Assembly: GCA_021842145.1 (NCBI GenBank)
Contig: JAKCBW010000002.1
Location: 3,954 to 67,953, forward strand
From: Actinomycetes bacterium
Lineage (GTDB): Bacteria > Actinomycetota > Acidimicrobiia > Acidimicrobiales > Acidimicrobiaceae
Reading direction: 5' to 3'
Length of the DNA: 64,000 bases
Below, piece after piece: positions 57,276 to 64,000 of the stretch. Both the position numbers and the translations under genes were made by a program. Numbering within the stretch: position 1 is the stretch's first letter; the number at the start of each line of letters is the position of its first letter. The notes below the pieces were generated by a model that did no database searches, was not told the DNA's origin, and was given only the letters and a program-made list of their open reading frames with translations.

Positions 57276-58768
57276 TGCGTCCAAAAATGATCGTTGGAAC
57301 CTCCTCTGATGCCGGAAAGTCGACCCTGGTGTCGGCGATATGTCGGGTACTTTCGGACAGAGGAATCTCAGTAGCCCCCTTCAAGGCTCAGAATATGGCA
57401 CTAAATTCGGCGGTCACGGAGGATGGCTATGAGATAGGTAGAGCTCAAGCGGCGCAGGCCTTTGCCGCCAGAACTACAGCGACGTACAACATGAACCCTA
57501 TTCTGCTAAAGCCGGAGTCAGAACAGAGGTCGCAGTTGGTGCTTAAGGGGGAGGTGGTCGGCTCCTTTAGTGCTAAGGAGTATCAAAAACTCAAGCCCAA
57601 ACTCTTTGACGAAGTACTTTCAAGCTTTCGCGAACTATCTGAGTCCTACGACTTGGTGGTGCTAGAGGGAGCTGGATCCCCGGCGGAAATCAACCTTCTC
57701 AAAGACGAACTAGTTAACTTGAAGCTGGCGAGAGAGGTGGGAGCTCGAGCGCTACTTGTTGCCGACATCGACAGGGGAGGGATGTTCGCCCACATCTTTG
57801 GAACCATTAAAATACTCCCTAATGATTTGGCCGCTTTAATCGACGGCTACATGATCAACAAGTTTCGCGGCGATTCATCTCTTCTTGAGTCCGGTATTGA
57901 CCAGCTATCTGCACTTATTGACGCAAAGCCCTTTGGCCTGCTCCGTTACTTCGGCGACACGAGGTTCGATTCAGAAGATTCACTTGCCATCCCGTTTGGA
58001 AAGAGCTCAAACTCCGGAGCGCCTCTCAAGGTCGGTATCGTTGCCTTTCCCCACCTATCTAACTACACAGATTTTGATCCTCTTTTGACCGAGCCATTTG
58101 TCGAAGTTGCTTATCTCACAAAAAAGGCTGACATCCACGGGTGTGACCTCGTGGTCCTGCCAGGAACCAAGTCCACTATTGACGATCTTGCCTGGTTGAG
58201 GGCCAATTTTGATACCTCAATTCGAAGATACGTCGACGGGGGAGGTTACCTGCTAGGGATATGCGGAGGATACCAGATGCTGGGCCACGTGATAGAGGAT
58301 GGGATTGAGTCGGAGGTCAAAACCACTTCGGGCCTTGGTCTTCTAGATATTTCTACGAAGTTTGAGCGACGAAAACTGACGCTTACCAGATCTGGACGGT
58401 TGATCGACGGCGACGTCGCTATCGATGGATATCAGATTCACAATGGAAGGGTCGTGTACAAAGGCGAGGTCGAAGGACTCTTTAGCCTCGATGAGTCTCC
58501 TGTGAGGCATCGTTTTGGCGACAATGACGGCTCCAGCGGGCCAGAGGGTGCAATACGAGCAAATGTTTTAGGTACCACGCTGCACGGTGTTTTGGAGTCA
58601 GATGGTTTTCGAAGGTGGCTATTGAGGCTCGTCGCATCGAATAAAGACAAGGATTACTCACCGGGGCCGTCCTACTTGGACCTGAAGGAGGAGTACTACA
58701 ACGGGCTCGCTGAGTGGCTCATCGCAGCCACCATGCACACAGAGATGCTCGATTGGCTCAGGAGTTAG
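57275..58768 (+). CDS. cobQ: Cobyric acid synthase
   Basis: 'MIVGTSSDAGKSTLV', 'EGAGSPAEINL' and the C-terminal GATase 'GICGGYQMLG'. Confidence 0.9.
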   Translation: MRPKMIVGTSSDAGKSTLVSAICRVLSDRGISVAPFKAQNMALNSAVTEDGYEIGRAQAAQAFAARTTATYNMNPILLKPESEQRSQLVLKGEVVGSFSAKEYQKLKPKLFDEVLSSFRELSESYDLVVLEGAGSPAEINLLKDELVNLKLAREVGARALLVADIDRGGMFAHIFGTIKILPNDLAALIDGYMINKFRGDSSLLESGIDQLSALIDAKPFGLLRYFGDTRFDSEDSLAIPFGKSSNSGAPLKVGIVAFPHLSNYTDFDPLLTEPFVEVAYLTKKADIHGCDLVVLPGTKSTIDDLAWLRANFDTSIRRYVDGGGYLLGICGGYQMLGHVIEDGIESEVKTTSGLGLLDISTKFERRKLTLTRSGRLIDGDVAIDGYQIHNGRVVYKGEVEGLFSLDESPVRHRFGDNDGSSGPEGAIRANVLGTTLHGVLESDGFRRWLLRLVASNKDKDYSPGPSYLDLKEEYYNGLAEWLIAATMHTEMLDWLRS

Positions 58769-58932
58769 CGATGCCAAGTTATAGCCCGAAAAGCCGATAA
58801 TGGACAAAAACAAAATTTGCAATAAGGATCCCTCCTGATGGGTCACTCCCTCTTTGAGCTGAACTTTTCGCACCGATGGGTATTCAATTTCAACCACGAC
58901 ATTTATTCAAGAGATCGACTAGATAGGTAAAT

Positions 58933-61900
58933 TTGGATTTGGACAGGATCTACTACTTCACGAACGCCGACACTGAAGTAATTACCATGCGCAGCGTCTG
59001 GGAAGGGCTTCCGGAAGACTTTCCGGAGCTAATCGTCAGGAAGACTTCTGATTATGCTTCGATAGCCGCCGAGGAGACAGCAACCGACTCTCGGACGGTA
59101 GTTGTTGCTCGACTTTTGGGTGGGCAAGACACACAGTCTCTCGCCCAAGACATGTCTCTTTGGGCAAGGAGCATTGGAGGAGTATTTATAGCTTTTCCAG
59201 GGGAAGCTACGTTTGACGAGGATCTCGGGTTTATGTCGGAGATACCCGGAGGTTCATATAAATATGCCCTTGAGTACCTGATCAAAGGTGGCCTCGAGAA
59301 CTTCACGAACTTCCTGCTCTTTCTGGCAGACACCCTCCTCGGATACGGATTTGGCTTTGAAGAACCAAAAGTCGTGCCAAATAGTGGTGTGTACTTGTCG
59401 CAAAAAAGCGGTGATCCGCTCGCTCCCAAGGCGGTAGTGGTCTTTTACCGGGCGCACCTTATATCTTCCAACACTCGATTTATTCGCGATCTAGTTGACA
59501 AGTTGGTCCTTTTGGGAATGAGCGTAGACGCCTATTTCTGCTACTCACTTCGATCAGCCCCCAACGAAGAAGGATTGACACCCGCTAAAGAGATTCAGAG
59601 GCTCAACCCGGACGTCGTAGTTACCACGGTCCTCGCATCAGGGAGCTTTGACGATGACGAGCTCAGTTGGGATGCGGGAGAGATGTCGAAAATAGGAGTC
59701 CCAATAGTACAAGCGTTGGTATCTACGAACTCCCAATCGAGCTGGGACGAATCCGATTTTGGACTCGGACCGATGGATGTGGCTATGAACGTCGCCATCC
59801 CCGAGTTTGACGGCCGGATCATCTCGGTGCCTTTCAGCTTCAAGGAAGTTGTCGACGATGACCAGCACTTTGGTACTGCGATTTCGGCCTACCGAACCTC
59901 GGAGGCAGGAACCTTTTCTGTGGCGGGACTGGCGCATAGGCTCGCCCGTTTGCGGCAGAAGTCCAATCAGTCTAAAAGGGTTGCCATCGTCCTTAGCGCT
60001 TACCCAACTAGGCGGTCGAGACTAGGAAACGCTGTCGGGCTTGATACCCCACAGAGTGCAGTCGATCTTCTCGTCGAGCTTCGACGAGCCGGATACCATA
60101 CGGGAGAATTTCCCACAGATCCGGTTTTGCTCATGGAACTTCTCGGGGAACTTGTAGATTACGACTCGACCGAGGTACTCCCTCGTGGTAGATACGAGGT
60201 GACCTGGCCGACTGAGAAGTATCTGGAGGAGTTCTCGAAGATCTCAACGAAGGTAAAGGGAGAGTTAACTAAGACCTGGGGTGAGGCGCCGGGTGACGCA
60301 TTTGTCGCCGATGGAATGTTCCATTTTCCGGCATTGAGGTTTGGAAACGTTATCGTAGCCATCCAACCCTCTCGTGGATTTGGGGAGAATCCGATAGCGA
60401 TTTATCATTCAGCGGAGTTAGCTCCTATGCACCATTACATCGCTTTCTACCGTTACCTTGACGTTGAGTTCCAAGCGGACGCAATCATTCACCTTGGCAA
60501 GCATGGTACCTTGGAGTGGCTTCCGGGCAAGAGTGTTGGGCTCTCTTCCGACTGCTATCCACAGCTTGCATTGGGTGATGTTCCTTTTATCTACCCCTTC
60601 GTAGTGAATGATCCTGGGGAGGGTACCCAAGCGAAGCGGCGGACCCATGCGATCATCATCGACCATATGGTTCCCCCGCTGACAAGGGCGGGAAGTTATG
60701 GTTCGACTACGCAGCTCGAAGACCTACTGGATGAGCATCAAAAACTTACCGCCCTAGATCCTTCGAAACTTCCCAGGATCAGGGAACAGATTTGGCGACT
60801 CCTCGAAGAGTGCAAGATCGATCAGGACCTCAATTTGAACCTTCCGAGCGGGGGTTTTATAGATCCAGACTTTGATTCGATGGTATCGCATATCGATGGC
60901 TACCTTTGTGAACTTAAAGATGCCATCATCCGTGGTGGCCTTCACATCTTGGGAAAACCTCCCGAGGGTGACCTGCTTATTGACACCGTGAGCGCAATTA
61001 CTCGGGTGGCGCAAGGAAATGTGGCTTCACTTCGGTCATTGTTGGCTAAAAGGATCGGAATTGACCCAGGATCTGCGAGCATACGGGATTCGGATTTGCT
61101 GGACCAGGCGACACAGGACCTGCTAAGGGAACTGGCCGAGCGGGACTGGCCGATAGACGGACCAGAGGAATTTACCGGGGGCGAGCTTGGCGACGTTATC
61201 AATTGGATATCTGGATCGCTAGTTCCAAGGATTAGGCAGACTACAGATGAGATCGAGTCAATAGTTCACGCGTTGTCGGGTGGGTTTGTCGAGCCTGGAC
61301 CGTCGGGGGCCCCCAGCAGAGGAATGGCACACGTGCTCCCGACGGGTAGGAATTTCTATTCGATTGATCCGAGGGCGATCCCTTCGCGTCTCTCTTATGA
61401 AGTCGGGAGAAAACTGGCCGAATCCCTAGTCGGGAGGTTCGTTGAGGACAAAGGTAGGTATCCAAAATCGGTCGGTGTGGTCATTTGGGGAACGGCGGCC
61501 ATGCGGACAGGTGGAGATGACATCTCGCAAGTATTGGCACTGCTAGGGGTTCGCCCAACATGGGACCAAGACTCCTCGCGGGTCATAGGTCTCGAGGTAG
61601 TGCCACTAGCGGAGCTCGGCAGACCTAGGGTAGATGTCACCTGCCGGATATCGGGTTTTTTTCGTGACGCCTTTCCACAGTCGATCAAACTGCTCGACGA
61701 GGCGTTCGAGATGGTGGCGAAGCTGGATGAGATTGTCGAAGCCAATCCGCTGGTTGGTGGTTTTTCAACCCCAAGGATATTTGGACCTCCTCCAAGGGCC
61801 TACGGTTCGGGGCTGCTCCCGCTATTGATCTCGAAGGATTGGAGGGGAGATGAGGATCTGACCGAGGTATACCTGAATTGGAGCGGCTTCAGCTATACCA

Positions 61901-62481
61901 GGTCCGGTTTCGGTCTTCCCGCCAAAGATGCCCTATCTGCGAGACTGCGAGTTACCGAAGTAGCGTCCAAGAATCAGGACAACCGTGAGCATGATATTTT
62001 CGATTCAGACGATTACATGCAAGATCACGGCGGGATGATTGCAGCTATCCGGACCCTCTCTGAAAAGGACCCGCTGGCGTATTTTGGAGATTCATCAAGT
62101 GTTGAAATTCCTAGAGTTCGCAGTCTCGAGGAGGAGGCGGCGAGGGTCTTTAGGTCGAGGGTTGTGAATCCAAAGTGGATTTCTGCCATGATGCGCCATG
62201 GATATAAAGGTGCATTTGAGATGGCGGCGACTGCGGACTATCTCTTCGGATACCAAGCCACAGCGAGGGTGGTCAAAGACTGGATGTTCGATGCATTGAC
62301 ACAAAGCTATGTAGTCGATGAACAGGTATCGGAGTTTTTCAGGCTGAACAACCCCGACGCTTTGGCATCTATTTGCGAACGGCTAATCGAGGCGAATGCG
62401 CGTGGCCTCTGGCGAGCAGCTGAAGTTGACCTTCAGCTCCTGCGTAAAAAACTAATGGAGGTGGAAGGTTGGAAAGAGTAG
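58933..62481 (+). CDS. cobN: Cobaltochelatase large subunit CobN
   Basis: 1182 aa with CobN/ChlH family blocks, for example 'HLGKHGTLEWLPGK', 'YPFVVNDPGEGTQAKRR' and 'VLPTGRNFYS'. Confidence 0.95.
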   Translation: MDLDRIYYFTNADTEVITMRSVWEGLPEDFPELIVRKTSDYASIAAEETATDSRTVVVARLLGGQDTQSLAQDMSLWARSIGGVFIAFPGEATFDEDLGFMSEIPGGSYKYALEYLIKGGLENFTNFLLFLADTLLGYGFGFEEPKVVPNSGVYLSQKSGDPLAPKAVVVFYRAHLISSNTRFIRDLVDKLVLLGMSVDAYFCYSLRSAPNEEGLTPAKEIQRLNPDVVVTTVLASGSFDDDELSWDAGEMSKIGVPIVQALVSTNSQSSWDESDFGLGPMDVAMNVAIPEFDGRIISVPFSFKEVVDDDQHFGTAISAYRTSEAGTFSVAGLAHRLARLRQKSNQSKRVAIVLSAYPTRRSRLGNAVGLDTPQSAVDLLVELRRAGYHTGEFPTDPVLLMELLGELVDYDSTEVLPRGRYEVTWPTEKYLEEFSKISTKVKGELTKTWGEAPGDAFVADGMFHFPALRFGNVIVAIQPSRGFGENPIAIYHSAELAPMHHYIAFYRYLDVEFQADAIIHLGKHGTLEWLPGKSVGLSSDCYPQLALGDVPFIYPFVVNDPGEGTQAKRRTHAIIIDHMVPPLTRAGSYGSTTQLEDLLDEHQKLTALDPSKLPRIREQIWRLLEECKIDQDLNLNLPSGGFIDPDFDSMVSHIDGYLCELKDAIIRGGLHILGKPPEGDLLIDTVSAITRVAQGNVASLRSLLAKRIGIDPGSASIRDSDLLDQATQDLLRELAERDWPIDGPEEFTGGELGDVINWISGSLVPRIRQTTDEIESIVHALSGGFVEPGPSGAPSRGMAHVLPTGRNFYSIDPRAIPSRLSYEVGRKLAESLVGRFVEDKGRYPKSVGVVIWGTAAMRTGGDDISQVLALLGVRPTWDQDSSRVIGLEVVPLAELGRPRVDVTCRISGFFRDAFPQSIKLLDEAFEMVAKLDEIVEANPLVGGFSTPRIFGPPPRAYGSGLLPLLISKDWRGDEDLTEVYLNWSGFSYTRSGFGLPAKDALSARLRVTEVASKNQDNREHDIFDSDDYMQDHGGMIAAIRTLSEKDPLAYFGDSSSVEIPRVRSLEEEAARVFRSRVVNPKWISAMMRHGYKGAFEMAATADYLFGYQATARVVKDWMFDALTQSYVVDEQVSEFFRLNNPDALASICERLIEANARGLWRAAEVDLQLLRKKLMEVEGWKE

Positions 62482-64000
62482 GTAGGGCTATTCGCTATCC
62501 ATTCGTAGCGGTGGTCGGTCAAAGCAGACTAAAGCTTGCGCTGCTACTTTTGGCGATCGACCCTCGAATTGGCGGTCTGTTGATAATTGGGGAGAAAGGA
62601 TCGGCCAAGTCTACCCTTGCAAGAGGCGTGGCGGATCTACTTGAAGATGGAGCTCCTTTTGTCGAACTACCTGTTGGAGCTACCGAAGATCGTGTCATCG
62701 GGACGCTGGACCTCTCGGGCGTAATCAACAATCGGAGTGAAGTTTTCAAGCCGGGCCTCTTAGTGCAAGCTAATTCGGGAGTTTTGTACGTAGACGAGGT
62801 CAACCTCTTACAGGATCACATCGTCGACGTGATGCTGGATGCTGCGGCCTCAGGGACGGTGAGGATTGAGCGAGAAGGTTTTTCAATCGTCAGGGATGCC
62901 AGGTTTGTTCTATGCGGTTCTATGAACCCCGAAGAGGGAGAGTTGCGCCCACAGCTTCTAGATCGTTTTGGATTCGCCGTCAATGTGGATGCACTTAGCA
63001 GCGTGGAGGAGCGGGCGGAGGCGGTGACCAGACGAGTCGAATATGAGGCTGATCCCGAGTTGTTCATAGTTAATTTCAAAGATGAAACCGATACGCTAAG
63101 GGAAAAGGTCGTAACTGCTAGAAGGTTGCTGAACGGCGAAGGTCGGTCTAGGAAGGATCTTTTGGAGTTGGCTAAGTTTGCCGCTCAGGTCTCTATCGCA
63201 CACGGCGCAGAGGGTTTGCGTTCCGACTTAGCTCTGGTGCGAGGGGCGGTGGCATACGCTGCTCTCTGTGGCAGGAGTGAAGCGACCGAAGAGGATTTGA
63301 TCGAAATATCCAGTCTTGCGCTGCTTCATCGCTCTCGACGTAGCAGCGAGGATCATTCTCAAAATCATGCTCGTTCGTACCAATTCGAAGGCCAAAAGAG
63401 TGACCAACAACTTACGGGTGGAGGGTCATCGGAAGAGCGAGGTACTTCGCTGAATTCTCCAGAGGTTTTAGATGGCCCTGGGAGGGTCCCGAGCGAGGAG
63501 GGCGGTGGGATTTCTGCCAACAACCCCCACGGCGTAGAGGATGCCAATGCTATGGACGACTCTCTAAGTTCAGACTCCTCGGGACAAAGAGGCAGATCCG
63601 GCTCTGAAGCTGACCGACAAGAAATCGGTAATACCAGTGACATGAGCAATCCTCCAAAAGGGGAGCCTGGTCTAGCCAATGGGGATTCCCAAAGCACACT
63701 CCCAGAAACATTTCCACCGCCCGGTCGCGTAATGGTAGCCGGATCCAGGAACAGGCCAACTCAATTCGCCCCTCGGGTCGACGCTGAGAGAAAAGGCGGA
63801 TCTCCTCTGGCGGTACGGGAAACCGTTGCAAACAGTTTGCGACGTTTGGCGGATGACGGCCAGCTAGTTGCTGGGACCGATATCAACTTTGCCAGCTCCG
63901 ACCTGGTTTTCAAAAGGTTGCTTTTACTTGAAGAGAGGTGCGTTGTCTTCCTGGTGGACACTTCTGGATCGATGGGTTCAATAAAGCGTGTCGAAGCAGC
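62469..64000 (+). CDS. chlD: ChlD/BchD-type chelatase subunit (AAA+ module, acidic/Pro-rich linker, vWA domain); 3' end lies outside the window
   Basis: It is not in the ORF track because it runs off the window. I translated frame 3 by hand from 62469 (a TTG overlapping the cobN stop) to 64000 and found no stop. Motifs: 'YPFVAVVGQSRLKLALLL', P-loop-like 'GEKGSAKST', Walker B 'VLYVDEVNLL', 'GSMNPEEGELRPQLLDRF', a roughly 150-aa acidic/Ser/Pro linker, and the MIDAS start 'VVFLVDTSGSMG'. Confidence 0.85.
   Translation, partial: MERVGRAIRYPFVAVVGQSRLKLALLLLAIDPRIGGLLIIGEKGSAKSTLARGVADLLEDGAPFVELPVGATEDRVIGTLDLSGVINNRSEVFKPGLLVQANSGVLYVDEVNLLQDHIVDVMLDAAASGTVRIEREGFSIVRDARFVLCGSMNPEEGELRPQLLDRFGFAVNVDALSSVEERAEAVTRRVEYEADPELFIVNFKDETDTLREKVVTARRLLNGEGRSRKDLLELAKFAAQVSIAHGAEGLRSDLALVRGAVAYAALCGRSEATEEDLIEISSLALLHRSRRSSEDHSQNHARSYQFEGQKSDQQLTGGGSSEERGTSLNSPEVLDGPGRVPSEEGGGISANNPHGVEDANAMDDSLSSDSSGQRGRSGSEADRQEIGNTSDMSNPPKGEPGLANGDSQSTLPETFPPPGRVMVAGSRNRPTQFAPRVDAERKGGSPLAVRETVANSLRRLADDGQLVAGTDINFASSDLVFKRLLLLEERCVVFLVDTSGSMGSIKRVEA

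Noticed and set aside
58838-58930. 30-codon upstream ORF (MGHSLFELNFSHRWVFNFNHDIYSRDRLDR) ending 2 nt before the cobN start
   Set aside because: It has a weak Shine-Dalgarno sequence and no known leader-peptide logic for cobN, and it could arise by chance in 164 bp. It is worth a glance in ribosome-profiling data, but I cannot support it from sequence.
62519-63961. Four minus-strand ORFs (94, 87, 60-110, 66 aa) listed in the track
   Set aside because: All are antisense to an uninterrupted plus-strand frame with clear AAA+/vWA chelatase motifs.
1-64000. tRNA, rRNA or tmRNA genes
   Set aside because: I scanned intergenic regions over 70 bp for T-loop (GGTTCGAATCC-like) and acceptor-stem patterns and found none. 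The few GTTCGA hits lie inside CDSs without cloverleaf context.

Overview
Densely coding chromosome segment of about 50% GC. Gene order looks actinobacterial, but the taxonomic guess rests on synteny only.

Left third (1-20 kb): mixed housekeeping genes. These are a partial MFS transporter, a PAP2 protein, mscL, a class I aldolase, DUF1015, a HAD-IIA hydrolase, an NADP-oxidoreductase, a histidine kinase/response regulator pair, a diiron protein, a LOG-family protein translationally coupled to fused FO synthase fbiC, tal, a FIST-like protein, an acyl desaturase and trmI.

Centre (21-34 kb): a canonical Pup-proteasome locus, fdx / arc(mpa)-dop-pup-prcB-prcA-pafA, then lepB, a Zn-ribbon ORF, tatA, tatC and helY. 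It is preceded by a decayed IS607/TnpB-type relic. Following genes are a double-length ThyX-like gene, a hyper-acidic DUF4193 gene, GNAT, NUDIX, crotonase, an Arg-rich hypothetical with a (VTEAP)6 tail, nfo, a thioesterase and fadD.

Right third (44.8 kb to the window end): a cobalamin supercluster in two divergent operons.
- Minus strand: cobO-cobB-cobI-cobM-cbiD-cobL-cbiG/cobJ-ferredoxin-cobH-cbiX.
- Plus strand: cobalamin riboswitch-cobU-cobS-cbiB-cobQ-cobN, then a ChlD-type subunit that runs off the window and is absent from the ORF track.

I found no rRNA, tRNA or CRISPR array. I found no convincing novel multi-gene system such as a defence island.

The best leads are modest:
- the internally duplicated ThyX-like protein next to DUF4193;
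- the mixed early/late cobalt-insertion gene set with an embedded 2x[4Fe-4S] ferredoxin;
- the IS relic with a possible omega-RNA-like structure;
- several perfect short tandem repeats inside coding regions;
- two unusually long or structured intergenic regions.

All functional calls come from motif recognition by eye. No database search was run.
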